From Anaerolineae bacterium (lineage in GTDB: Bacteria > Chloroflexota > Anaerolineae > S140-20): a stretch of DNA of 40,159 nt. The stretch is taken from assembly GCA_027021705.1 (NCBI GenBank), contig JALUTT010000081.1, positions 1-40,159 of the forward strand, given 5' to 3'. The translations under genes and the position numbers were made by a program. The notes beneath the pieces are model-generated. The model had not been told where the DNA came from and did no database searches. It saw only the letters and a list, made by a program, of their open reading frames with translations. Numbering within the stretch: the stretch's first letter is position 1; every line of letters starts with the position of its first letter. Of this stretch, positions 18,582-27,739 are shown in pieces.

Positions 18582-19727
18582 GTGAAACTGCACGAGTACC
18601 AATCCAAACGGCTCTTCGCCCGATACGGCATCCCCATTCCCGACGGCGACGTCGCCACGACGCCGGCCGAGGCTCGGCAGATCGCCAAGCGGCTGGGCGG
18701 ACCGGTGGTCGTCAAGTCCCAGGTCCTGGTTGGAGGGCGGGGCAAGGCCGGCGGCATCAAGCTGGCCCGCACGCCCGACGAGGCCGAGGCCCTGGCCGAG
18801 CAGATCCTGGGGATGGAGATCAAGGGGCTTCCCGTCCGCAAGGTGTTGGTAGACCAGGCTGCCGACATCCAGCAGGAGATCTACCTGGGGATCACCGTGG
18901 ACCGGGCTGCCCGCCGGCCGGTGATGATGGCCTCCTCCGAAGGGGGTGTGGAGATCGAGGAGGTCGCCAAAGCCACCCCGGAGAAGATCGTCAAGGTGCA
19001 CGTGGACCCCTTCCTGGGACTGCGGGACTATCAGGCCCGCCAGCTTGCCCTGGGCATCGGCCTGGGCCGGGAGCAGTTCCGCCCCTTCTCCGCCATCGCC
19101 TCCGGTCTCTACCGGACTTTCGTGGAGACCGATGCTTCCTTGGCCGAGATCAATCCCCTGGTGGTGCAGGGGGACGGCTCACTTCTGGCCGTGGATGGCA
19201 AGATCGTCCTGGACGATAACGCCCTCTTCCGCCACCCCGACCTGGCGGAGATGCGGGACCTGGACGAGGAGACGGAGGCGGAACGGGAGGCCCGACAGGC
19301 CGGTCTCAGCTACGTCAGCCTGGATGGGGAGATCGGCTGTATGGTGAACGGCGCGGGGCTGGCGATGGCCACGATGGACCTGACCAAGTACTACGGCGGA
19401 TCGCCGGCCAACTTCCTGGACATCGGTGGCGGGGCCAAGGCGGACAAGGTCGCAGCGGCCCTGCGCATCATCCTCAGCGACCCCAAGGTCAAGGCCGTTC
19501 TCTTCAACATCTTCGGCGGCATCACCCGCTGCGACGAGGTGGCCCGGGGCATCCTGACCGCCCTTGAGGAGGTCAAGCCCGACGTCCCGATGGTCGCCCG
19601 GCTGGTGGGAACCAACGAAGAGGAAGGACGGGCGCTGCTGGAGGCTTCCCCCTACCAACTCATCACCGCCAGCACCCTCTCCGAGGCGGCCCAGAAGGCC
19701 GTCGCCGCCGCCCGGGGTGAGGTGTGA
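18582..19727 (+). CDS. sucC: Succinyl-CoA synthetase (ADP-forming) beta subunit
   Basis: AGGAGG RBS and GTG start. 'KLHEYQSK', 'GGRGKAGG', 'EINPL', '[16 protein letters not shown]', 'NFLDIGGG' and '[10 protein letters not shown]'. Confidence 0.97.
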   Translation: MKLHEYQSKRLFARYGIPIPDGDVATTPAEARQIAKRLGGPVVVKSQVLVGGRGKAGGIKLARTPDEAEALAEQILGMEIKGLPVRKVLVDQAADIQQEIYLGITVDRAARRPVMMASSEGGVEIEEVAKATPEKIVKVHVDPFLGLRDYQARQLALGIGLGREQFRPFSAIASGLYRTFVETDASLAEINPLVVQGDGSLLAVDGKIVLDDNALFRHPDLAEMRDLDEETEAEREARQAGLSYVSLDGEIGCMVNGAGLAMATMDLTKYYGGSPANFLDIGGGAKADKVAAALRIILSDPKVKAVLFNIFGGITRCDEVARGILTALEEVKPDVPMVARLVGTNEEEGRALLEASPYQLITASTLSEAAQKAVAAARGEV

Positions 19728-19810
19728 AACACGCAACGTGAGACACAAAACGTAAGGCGTGAGAACAAAACGTAAGGCGTAAAAATAAAACGTAAGGCGT
19801 GAAACGTGAG
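19726..19810. repeat. Short tandem repeats: 3 x 20-bp units with core AAAACGTAAGGCGT
   Basis: Cores at 19747, 19767 and 19787, flanked by degenerate ACGTGA/ACGCAA units. Confidence 0.85.
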
Positions 19811-19819
19811 GATGGAACG

Positions 19820-20692
19820 ATGAGCATTTTGGTGGACAAGAACACCCGGCTTCTGGTTCAAGGCATTACCGGACGGGAGGGGGAGTTCCACGCCCGGCAA
19901 ATGCTGGCCTACGGCACCCAGGTGGTGGCCGGCGTGACGCCGGGGAAGGGCGGACAGTGGGCTGTGGACGGCCAGGTGCCCGTCTTCGACACCGTCGCCG
20001 AAGCCGTGGAAGCGACGGGAGCCAACACCTCGGTGATCTACGTGCCGGCCCGCTTCGCCCCCGACGCCATCTACGAGGCCGCCGACGCCGGCATCTCCCT
20101 CATCGTCTGCATCACCGAGGGCATCCCCGTCCAGGATATGATCCGGGTGCGGGCCTACCTGGACCAGCGGGATGTCCGGCTGGTCGGCCCCAACTGTCCG
20201 GGGCTGCTGACCCCCGGCGAGGCCAAGGTGGGGATCATGCCCGGCCACATCGCGATGCCCGGCAACGTCGGCGTCGTCTCCCGCAGCGGCACCCTCACCT
20301 ACGAGGTGGTCTACGCGATGACGATGCGGGGGATCGGCCAAAGCACCTGCATCGGCATCGGCGGCGACCCCATCATCGGCACCACCTTCCTGGACGTGCT
20401 GGAGATGTTCGAGGGGGACCCGCTGACCGACCAGGTCGTCCTCATCGGCGAGATCGGCGGGACCGATGAGGAACGGGCCGCCGACTTCATCGCCACGCGG
20501 ATGAGCAAGCCGGTGGTTGCCTTCATCGCCGGCCGGACCGCCCCGCCGGGGAAGCGGATGGGCCACGCCGGGGCCATCATCGAGGGGGGCACCGGCACCG
20601 CCGCCGAGAAGATCAAGGCGCTGGAGGCGGTCGGCGTCCCCGTCGCCGAGTACCCCGAGCAGATCCCCGACCTACTGCTGGCAGCCCGGTAA
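19820..20692 (+). CDS. sucD: Succinyl-CoA synthetase alpha subunit
   Basis: '[18 protein letters not shown]', 'GPNCPG', 'SRSGTLTYE' and the phospho-His motif 'RMGHAGA'. Confidence 0.97.
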   Translation: MSILVDKNTRLLVQGITGREGEFHARQMLAYGTQVVAGVTPGKGGQWAVDGQVPVFDTVAEAVEATGANTSVIYVPARFAPDAIYEAADAGISLIVCITEGIPVQDMIRVRAYLDQRDVRLVGPNCPGLLTPGEAKVGIMPGHIAMPGNVGVVSRSGTLTYEVVYAMTMRGIGQSTCIGIGGDPIIGTTFLDVLEMFEGDPLTDQVVLIGEIGGTDEERAADFIATRMSKPVVAFIAGRTAPPGKRMGHAGAIIEGGTGTAAEKIKALEAVGVPVAEYPEQIPDLLLAAR

Positions 20693-20696
20693 GACC

Positions 20697-20726
20697 ATCG
20701 GGGGCGCAGCCGGCTGCGCCCCCGAT
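20697..20726. repeat. Perfect 30-bp palindrome (REP-like or terminator-like)
   Basis: ATCGGGGGCGCAGCCGGCTGCGCCCCCGAT is its own reverse complement. Confidence 0.75.
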
Positions 20727-20741
20727 CTCTGTTCCCGTGCG

Positions 20742-23519
20742 ATGCACCGACCCATCCACCGTGCCCTGAACTCCGGCCTTCCCGTCGTCCTGCTCCTGGT
20801 GCTCATCGCGGCAGCCCCTTTCCTGACCCGGCCCGGCCTGCCTCGCGGCACCGACGCCGAACTCCACGTCTTCCGGGCCGCCGAGCTGGGCTACAGCCTG
20901 CGGGCCGGTGTCCTCTACCCCCGCTGGGCCCCCGACTTCTACTACGGCTACGGCTACCCCATCTTCAACTACTACGCGCCGCTCACCTACTACCTGGCCA
21001 ACGGCCTCGCCCTGCTGCCCGGCCTGGGGATCGTGGCCGGCGTCAAGGCGGTCTTCGTCCTGGGCTTCTTCCTGGCCGGCCTGGGCAGTTACCTGGCCGG
21101 ACGCGACCTGACCGCCCGTCCGTCGCCCCTGGCCGGCATCCTGGCCGCCGCCCTCTACCTCTTCTCCCCCTACATCCTGTTCATTGACCCCCACGCCCGG
21201 GGGGACCTGGCCGAGTTCTTCGCCTTGGGCCTCTTCCCCCTCGTCTTCTGGGCCTTCTGGCGGCTGCTCCCACCCCATCTCCCCTCAGCCCCTTCCAGGA
21301 GGCCCGGCTGGGGAGGCGTCGTCCTGGCCGCCCTGCTCCTGGCCGCCCTCATCCTCTCCCACAACCTGATGGCCCTCGTGGGAGCCGCCGTGCTCCTGGT
21401 CAGCCTCGCCTGGACCTGGATTGCCCGGAGATGTCCGCCGGCCTGGGGAGGACGTCTTCTTGCGGCGTTCCTCCTGGGCCTTGCCCTCTCGGCCTTCTTC
21501 TGGCTGCCCGTCCTCTTGGAGAAGGATGCCGTCCACCTCTCCCTCGTGGGGCCGGGCCACTTCGACTTCCGCAACCACTTTCGGACGCTGGCGGAGCTGC
21601 TGGCCCCTTCGGCCATCCTCGACTTCGGGGCGACGGCCCCCCACTACCGCTACAACCTGGGCTTGGCCCCGTGGATGCTGGCCTTGGGTGGGGTCCTGCT
21701 CTTCCTGCGGAACCCCCGCACCCGAGGCCAGGTCGCCCTGGCTCAGTTCCCCGTGGGCGCGGTGCTCCTGATCTTCCTGATGCTGCCGGCCTCCACGCCC
21801 ATCTGGGAGCGGGTACCCGGCATGGCCTACCTCCAGTTCCCCTGGCGGCTGCTGGGGATGGCCGCCTTCGCCCTGGCCCTCACGGCCGCCATCGGCCTGA
21901 CGGCGCTGACGGAGCAGCGCCGGGCCTTCTTCCTCACCGGGCTGGCCCTCGTCTTCATCCTGGTGGCTGCCCTGCCCACGATGTTCCCTCCGCTGTGGGA
22001 CCCTGACTTCGGCCCCACCGACCCCCAGGCGATGCTCGACTTCGAGTTGGCCGGCATCGCCCTGGGAACCACCTCCACGGGCGACTTCCTGCCCTCGACG
22101 GTGGAGGTGCCGCCGGGGCCCCAGGAGAGCCTCATCGCCTCCTACCGGCGGGGCGGGCCGGTGGACAAGGTCAATCGGGCCACCCTCCCCCGGGGCACGA
22201 CGGTGGAGATCGTCGCCCACGGCCCAACCTACGACCGCTTCCGCGTCCGCAGCGCCAAGAAGTTCATCCTCCGGCTCTACACCTTCTACTTCCCCGGCTG
22301 GCGGGCGCTGGTGGACGGCGAGGAGGTGCCCATCGAACTGGGCCGGCCCGAGGGCTTCATCACCATCCCCATCCCCCCCGGCGAGCACGAGGTCCTAGTG
22401 GTGCTGGGAACGACGCCGGTCCGCCGAGCCGCCACCTTCATCTCGGCCCTGGCCCTGGCCGTCCTCATCTTCTTGTCGCTCCTGGGCCGTCTGCCGTGGC
22501 GCTCCGCCGGGAGGCCCACGGTGGGTGAAGCGGTGGACAGGGAGCGTCGGCCCCGGTCAGGACGGCCGGCTCCGGCCCTCCTGCTCCTCGTGCCCCTCCT
22601 CTTCTGGGGCTTCAAGGTGGGGGTCGTGGACCCCCGCGATAACTGGTTCCGCATCACCTCGCCGCCGGGAGAGGTGGTGGTGGCCCAACACCGGGTGGAG
22701 GCCACCTTCGGGGGGGAGATCGCGCTGCTGGGCTACGACCTGCCCGTCACCTCGGTGCGGGCCGGTGAGAGCTTCCCCATCACCCTCTACTGGCGGGCCG
22801 TGCGCCCGCCCTCGGCCAACTACCAGGTCTTCGTCCACCTGGTCCGGCCCGTCTACCGGCTGTGGGGCCAGTCGGATAAGCTGAACCCCGGCGACTTCCC
22901 CACCACCCGCTGGCCCACCGACCGCTACGTCTGGGACGACCACCGGGTGCCGGTGCTGCCGGGCACCCCGCCGGGCACCTACCGCATCGCCGTGGGGCTC
23001 TACCTGCTGGCCGAGGGGACCCGGTTGCCGCTGCTGGATGAGGCCGGCCGGCCGGTGGCCGACCTCTTCCTCCTGCCCACGCCGGTGCAGGTGGAGCGAG
23101 GCCGCCCGCCCGACCCGGCCCGGCTGGAGCCGGAGATGGAGGAGCGGCTGGAGACGACCTACGGGGGGCAGATCACGCTGCTGGGCTACCGGGTGCCCTA
23201 CCGCCAACTCCGTCCCGGGGACCGGCTCTACGTCACCCTCTTCTGGCGGGCGGAGGTGGACGGCCCGGCTCCCTTCAAGATGCGCCTTCAGGTCACCGAC
23301 GCCGGGGGGAAGGTCCTTCAGGAAATGGAGCGAGAGCCGACGGAGGGTTCCTATCCGCCGGATCGGTGGCGGCGGGGCGAGATCGTCCGGGACCAGCCCA
23401 TCTCCCCGGTGGGGGACGACCTGCCGCCGGGCCGCTATGGGTTGCGGCTGGTCGTCGAGGCCGGCGGCCTCCCCTCCGAGCCCATCCCGCTGGGAGCGCT
23501 GGAGATCGGGGGCAGGTAG
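20742..23519 (+). CDS. Polytopic GT-C-like membrane protein (PTPS-related/YfhO-like) with two C-terminal Ig-like extracellular repeats
   Basis: 'TDAELH', '[26 protein letters not shown]', 'RGDLAE', 'LQFPWR', 'FYFPGW' and two '[10 protein letters not shown]...TLYWRA...W' type repeats. Confidence 0.8.
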   Translation: MHRPIHRALNSGLPVVLLLVLIAAAPFLTRPGLPRGTDAELHVFRAAELGYSLRAGVLYPRWAPDFYYGYGYPIFNYYAPLTYYLANGLALLPGLGIVAGVKAVFVLGFFLAGLGSYLAGRDLTARPSPLAGILAAALYLFSPYILFIDPHARGDLAEFFALGLFPLVFWAFWRLLPPHLPSAPSRRPGWGGVVLAALLLAALILSHNLMALVGAAVLLVSLAWTWIARRCPPAWGGRLLAAFLLGLALSAFFWLPVLLEKDAVHLSLVGPGHFDFRNHFRTLAELLAPSAILDFGATAPHYRYNLGLAPWMLALGGVLLFLRNPRTRGQVALAQFPVGAVLLIFLMLPASTPIWERVPGMAYLQFPWRLLGMAAFALALTAAIGLTALTEQRRAFFLTGLALVFILVAALPTMFPPLWDPDFGPTDPQAMLDFELAGIALGTTSTGDFLPSTVEVPPGPQESLIASYRRGGPVDKVNRATLPRGTTVEIVAHGPTYDRFRVRSAKKFILRLYTFYFPGWRALVDGEEVPIELGRPEGFITIPIPPGEHEVLVVLGTTPVRRAATFISALALAVLIFLSLLGRLPWRSAGRPTVGEAVDRERRPRSGRPAPALLLLVPLLFWGFKVGVVDPRDNWFRITSPPGEVVVAQHRVEATFGGEIALLGYDLPVTSVRAGESFPITLYWRAVRPPSANYQVFVHLVRPVYRLWGQSDKLNPGDFPTTRWPTDRYVWDDHRVPVLPGTPPGTYRIAVGLYLLAEGTRLPLLDEAGRPVADLFLLPTPVQVERGRPPDPARLEPEMEERLETTYGGQITLLGYRVPYRQLRPGDRLYVTLFWRAEVDGPAPFKMRLQVTDAGGKVLQEMEREPTEGSYPPDRWRRGEIVRDQPISPVGDDLPPGRYGLRLVVEAGGLPSEPIPLGALEIGGR

Positions 23520-23542
23520 GCGGCGTAGCGGCGCAGCGAAGT

Positions 23543-24139
23543 TCACCGACGAGGATAGCCCACGGGGATGAGGTAGAGGGGCGTTTCCTCGGCCGGCAGC
23601 CCCAGCAGGTCCCGCACCGCGTCATCGTGGAAGGCCCCCACAACGACGCCTCCCAGCCCCAGCGCCGTGGCCTGGAGGAGCAGGTTCTGGGCGGCGTGGC
23701 CTGCATCCATCGGGACGTAGCGCTCGGCCCCCCGCCGGCCGTATTTGCGGGTGGTGCGGGCGTAGACGGCGGTGACAACGAAGACGGCCGGCGCGTGGGC
23801 AACGCTCTCCTGCCCCAGCGCGGCCTGGCTCAAGGGCAGGCGCAGGTCGCCCGTGTGCCGTTGGTGGCAGCGGTGGCCCTGGGGCTCGTAGTGAAAGACC
23901 CCCTCCGGCATGACGACGTAGAACTCGAGGGGGTAGAGGGCACCGGCCGAGGGGGCCGTGTGCAGGGCGTAGCCCCACCGCTGCCCGGTGATGCCATAGG
24001 CGGCCCAGAGGAGCTGACCGATCTGCTCCCAGGTGAGGGGCCGGTCGGCGTACTCCCGGAGCGAGCGGCGCCGGGCCAGGACCTCTTCCAGGCTCAGTTC
24101 CCCCTTGGTGCGCGGGGGTGGGAGTGTGAGAGTGGACAT
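23543..24139 (-). CDS. SagB/ThcOx-like nitroreductase-family flavoprotein
   Basis: 'RRSLREY', 'QLLWAAYG', 'APSAGALYPLE' and 'DAGHAAQNLLLQATALGLG'. RBS before ATG 24139. Confidence 0.88.
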   Translation of the reverse strand: MSTLTLPPPRTKGELSLEEVLARRRSLREYADRPLTWEQIGQLLWAAYGITGQRWGYALHTAPSAGALYPLEFYVVMPEGVFHYEPQGHRCHQRHTGDLRLPLSQAALGQESVAHAPAVFVVTAVYARTTRKYGRRGAERYVPMDAGHAAQNLLLQATALGLGGVVVGAFHDDAVRDLLGLPAEETPLYLIPVGYPRR

Positions 24140-24156
24140 CGCTGGTCTCCTCCCGC

Positions 24157-25371
24157 CTACCAAACCGTCAGCTCTCCCTCCGCCAGCCGGCGGGTGAAGG
24201 TGCCGATGCCGGCCAGCTCCCGGTCCATCACCGCCATTACCGCCTCCTGCACGTCCTCCAGAGTGACGTCTGGCTCCAGGATGAGCTGGGAAGCGGCGAT
24301 GAGGGGCTGGTCAATGGGCTTGCCGATCTGGCTGCAGAGCCAGACCGTCACCTCGCGGATACCCTCCACTTCCTCGTAGATCTTGCGGGCCAGCTCGTGG
24401 CTGAGGAGGTTGTAGATCTTCCCCACGTGGCTGGCCGGGTTCTTGCCCGCTGCGGCCTCGCTGGTCGCCGGCCGGTTGAAGGCGATGACACCGTTCACCC
24501 GGTTCCCCCGCCCCACCTGGCCACAGTCGGCCCCCTCGGCCGAGGTCCCCAGCACCGTCAGGTACATCCCCCCCTCGCCCCGCTCCGGGTCGTCCAGGGT
24601 GTTGATGTCCACCGTCACCTGGTCCAGCGTCTGCTGCTGGCGCTCCACAAACTGCTGGAGGGTCTCCTGGATGGCCGCCTTCCGCTCGAAATAGGTCCTG
24701 GCGTCAGGGATGAAGCGGTCCACGAAGGCGAGGGCGACGGTGAGCGTCAGGTGGCGACCGAAGCGGTAGCCCATCACCTTGATGTCCTCGCCGGCCTCGG
24801 GGTGAGCCGCCTTGAAGGCGGTGGAGTTGAGGTAGCGCTCCGTCGCCAGGACCAGCCGCTCCGTCTCCGTCAAGGGGTAATAGCCGACGCCGGCCGAGGT
24901 GTCGTTGGCCCCCACCACCTCCCGCTCGAAGATGTCCACCAGTTCGGGCGAGCCCGGCTTGATCTCGTTCTGGAAGAGGACGTGGACTTCGGGGTCCACG
25001 AAGCGCAGATGGCCGCGAATCCAGGCTTTCGCCGTGGCCTCGGCGATCTCGCCGACGGGGATGCGCACTCCCCGGTACTCGTAGGTGGCGCGGTCGCCGA
25101 AGACCAGGCGCATCGGCTCGATCACCGTCCCGCCACCCAGCCGGGGGGCGGTCTGGCCGGCCACCAGCAGCCCCTTGTCCAGGTTGTGGTGCAGGATGCG
25201 ACCAAAGGTGTCCAGGTAGGCACGGGAGAGTTCGACGCTGACCGCTTCCATAATGGCGTCGCAGATGGAGTCGGGGTGGCCGACCCCTTTGCGCTCGACC
25301 AGTTCGACCGGCTGCTCTTCCACCGGCAGGTTGGGAACCTCTTCAACGAAGATGTTCCGGGATGGGGCCAT
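24157..25371 (-). CDS. mat: S-adenosylmethionine synthetase, archaeal type
   Basis: 'ELVERKGVGHPDSICD', 'HHNLDK', 'GANDTS', 'GEDIKVMG', 'GTSAE..D.GQVGRGNR' and 'EAAAGKNP..HVGKIYN'. AGGAGG RBS before ATG 25371. Confidence 0.92.
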   Translation of the reverse strand: MAPSRNIFVEEVPNLPVEEQPVELVERKGVGHPDSICDAIMEAVSVELSRAYLDTFGRILHHNLDKGLLVAGQTAPRLGGGTVIEPMRLVFGDRATYEYRGVRIPVGEIAEATAKAWIRGHLRFVDPEVHVLFQNEIKPGSPELVDIFEREVVGANDTSAGVGYYPLTETERLVLATERYLNSTAFKAAHPEAGEDIKVMGYRFGRHLTLTVALAFVDRFIPDARTYFERKAAIQETLQQFVERQQQTLDQVTVDINTLDDPERGEGGMYLTVLGTSAEGADCGQVGRGNRVNGVIAFNRPATSEAAAGKNPASHVGKIYNLLSHELARKIYEEVEGIREVTVWLCSQIGKPIDQPLIAASQLILEPDVTLEDVQEAVMAVMDRELAGIGTFTRRLAEGELTVW

Positions 25372-25398
25372 CGCACACCTCCTGCTTGCTCGCAGCTT

Positions 25399-25540
25399 CT
25401 GTTCTCCGGGGCTTACGGAGAACTCCTGCCCGGTTCCTGCTTCGTCGAGGCTGCCGGCGTCGTGGCCGGCCTTACCGCCTCTCCACAGGCGTTCGGGGCC
25501 GCGCCCCCGGTTCCGGCGGAACCCGCCGTACCGCTGAGGT
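25399..25540 (-). ncRNA. Predicted TnpB omega-RNA scaffold / IS right end (approximate bounds)
   Basis: Overlaps the tnpB 3' end. Contains GAAGCAGGAA and the terminal hairpin GTTCTCCG-taagccc-CGGAGAAC. TnpB omegaRNAs are known to derive from this position. Confidence 0.5.
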
Positions 25541-26356
25541 TTCTGAGGTTGATGGCAGCATTGAGGTCTCGGTCCAACACCGCCCCGCAATGGGGACAAG
25601 TCCACTCCCGGTCGGACGGCCTCAACCCTTCGTGGATCGCTCCGCAGCGATGGCAGGTCTTGCTGGAGGGGAAGAAGCGGTCGGCGACGCGGAGTTGGCT
25701 GCCCGACCAGGCGGCCTTGTACGTCAACTGTCGGCGGAACTCGTAGAAGCCCACGTCGGAGATGGCCCGGGCCAGGCGGCGGTTCTTCAACATCCCGCCC
25801 ACGTTCAGGTCCTCGATGACGATCTCGCGCGGCCTCTCGCCATCGGGCTTGGTTCTCGCCACGATGGCGGCGGTGGCCTTGTGGAGGGCGTCCTGTCGGA
25901 CATTATACAGGCGATGGTACAAACGGGCAAGCTTCCGGCGGGTCTTCTCGTAGTTCCTGCCGCCGCGCTTGCGCCGGGCCAGTTGGCGCTGGAGCCGGCG
26001 CAGCTTCCTCCGGGCCTTCTCCAGGGGGCGGGGGGCCTCGAAGCGCCGGCCGTCGCTCAACACGGCCATCGCCCGGACACCCAGGTCAACGCCGAGGGGC
26101 TCGCCGGTGGCCGGCCTAACCTCCACCTCTTCGCGCACCTGGACGCTGACGAACCAGCGCCCTGCCCGCTCCGACACGGTGGCCGAGAGGATGTGGGCGT
26201 CGGTCGGGATGTAGCCGCGCTCCTTGAGGCGGAGCCAGCCGATGCGCGGCAGCCGGATGCGGTCGTGCTCCACGCGGATGGCCCCATCAACGCGGAAGCG
26301 GAGCGGGCTGCGCTTGCGGGATTTGAACCGGGGGAAGCCCGGCTTCTCCCCGCTCG
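25413..26356 (-). pseudogene. tnpB: 5'-truncated IS200/IS605/IS607-type RNA-guided endonuclease TnpB
   Basis: RuvC motifs 'GVDLG', 'IVIEDL' and 'DRDLNAAINL', Zn finger CHRC..CPHC, and 'PGFPRFKS'. The N-terminal HTH region is missing and replaced by MITE A sequence. No tnpA is present. Confidence 0.85.
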
Positions 26357-26470
26357 CGGTGATTACCCACAAGTGAGCGAGAGAGTGGTCCGTAGCAGGC
26401 CGTCCACGAATTTCTCACCAATGCACGAATGAGGCGGTCCTTAATTCGTGTATTCGTGCCCCATTCGTGG
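26357..26470. mobile_element. MITE-like family A, right-truncated copy abutting tnpB
   Basis: Near-identical to 3530-3653. It lacks the 10-bp internal duplication and the right TIR. Confidence 0.75.
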
Positions 26471-26528
26471 GAGGAAGCACGGGCCGAGTTTTACCGCTTA
26501 CAGAGCCGTCAGGCCGATGTCCATTGAC

Positions 26529-26573
26529 GAAAACAGAAGTGCCCCTTGGGAAGCGCGGCTTCCCAAGGGGCAC
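26529..26573 (-). terminator. Intrinsic terminator of the minus-strand catabolic operon
   Basis: 16-bp stem GTGCCCCTTGGGAAGC/GCTTCCCAAGGGGCAC followed on the minus strand by TTCTGTTTTC. Confidence 0.8.
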
Positions 26574-26596
26574 CCGCGATCCAAAACCGGCTCCCC

Positions 26597-27706
26597 TCAC
26601 GCGCCGAAGAACTCCCGGATCACCTGGACGGCCATCCGGTTCTCCTCCTCGGTCCCAATGGTGACGCGGAAGAAGCCGTCGCTGCCGTACATCTCCGGCT
26701 GAGGCCGGAAGATCAGCCCCCGCTCCTGGGCGAAGGCCACCATATCCTTCCCTTTCTTCCCGGCCCCACCCCCGTCGAAGAGGATGTAGTTGCCATAAGA
26801 GTGGAAGACGGTCAGCCCCGGCACATCCTTCAGCGATTCCTCAATGTAGCGGACCTGCTGGTTGTTGAACTCGACCCGCTTCCGCAACGCCTCGGTGTCC
26901 TCCAGGGCCGCCAGGGCCGCCCAGAGGGAGATCGTCCCCACGTTCCAAGGCAGCAGGGTGGCGGCGATCTGGCCCACCACCTCCTTGTCCCCCAGCAGGT
27001 AGCCGAAGCGGAGGCCGGCCAGCCCGTAGGCCTTGGAGAGGGTGCGGGTGATGATGACGTTGGGGTACTGCTTCGTCAGCTTCACCTGGGACCGCTCCAG
27101 GCCGGCGAACTCCACGTAGGCCTCGTCCACGACGAAGGGGATCCCCGTCTCGGCAATGCGGACGAAGTCGGCGCTGTCCATAAAGTTGCCGGTGGGGTTG
27201 TTGGGGTTGGCGATGACGATGATCTTCGTGCGAGGGGTGATGGCATCGAGGATGGCGTCGGGGTCGAAGCGGAACTCCCCCCCCTCGCGGTCGTAGATCA
27301 TCGGCACGGAGACGAGCTTGCCACCCAGGACGGCGCACCGCAGCTTGTAGATGCCGAAACAGGGGGTGTGCTGGATCACCTCATCGCCCGGCTGAAGGAA
27401 GCTGCGGAAGATGAGGTCGAAGATCTCGCTCGACCCGTTGCCGATGACCACGTTCTCGGGGCCGTCCAGCCCGTTGATCTCGGCGATCTTGGCGCGGACG
27501 ATGCCCCCCCGGTCGGGATAGCGGTTGGCCATCTTCGCGTACTTGTAGATGGTCTCCAGGACCTTGGGGGAGGGCTCGAAGGGGTTCTCGTTGGACATCA
27601 TCCGGTGGAGGTCCGGATTCTGCCAGGCCAACTCGATGTGGGGCGAGATGTACATCTTCTGCCCCCGGAGCCAAGGCACGAAGTAGTCTTCGATTCGCTT
27701 TTTCAT
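26597..27706 (-). CDS. PLP-dependent aminotransferase class I/II, HisC/CobD-like
   Basis: 'SNENPF', 'NRYPD', 'GNGSSE', 'NPNNPTG', 'VDEAY' and the PLP-Lys motif 'RTLSKAYGLAGLRFGY'. The gene is not in a his operon. Confidence 0.88.
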   Translation of the reverse strand: MKKRIEDYFVPWLRGQKMYISPHIELAWQNPDLHRMMSNENPFEPSPKVLETIYKYAKMANRYPDRGGIVRAKIAEINGLDGPENVVIGNGSSEIFDLIFRSFLQPGDEVIQHTPCFGIYKLRCAVLGGKLVSVPMIYDREGGEFRFDPDAILDAITPRTKIIVIANPNNPTGNFMDSADFVRIAETGIPFVVDEAYVEFAGLERSQVKLTKQYPNVIITRTLSKAYGLAGLRFGYLLGDKEVVGQIAATLLPWNVGTISLWAALAALEDTEALRKRVEFNNQQVRYIEESLKDVPGLTVFHSYGNYILFDGGGAGKKGKDMVAFAQERGLIFRPQPEMYGSDGFFRVTIGTEEENRMAVQVIREFFGA

Positions 27707-27739
27707 CGCTGTATCTCCTGCGTGATGCTGGCGCGCCAC

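Noticed and set aside
19741..19800. Possible CRISPR array
   Set aside because: The repeats are 14 bp with only 6-bp spacers and three units, and there are no cas genes.
23543..24139. RiPP (azole) biosynthetic cluster suggested by the SagB-like protein
   Set aside because: No YcaO, precursor peptide or transporter is adjacent. Stand-alone SagB-like nitroreductases are common.
25413..26372. Functional compact TnpB/Cas12f starting at the ORF-track start 26372
   Set aside because: The first codons derive from the MITE, the N-terminal domain needed for RNA/TAM binding is missing, there is no RBS and no CRISPR array is nearby.
26597..27706. Calling the aminotransferase hisC
   Set aside because: Only a family-level match. 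It lies in a catabolic operon with no his genes, so no symbol was assigned.
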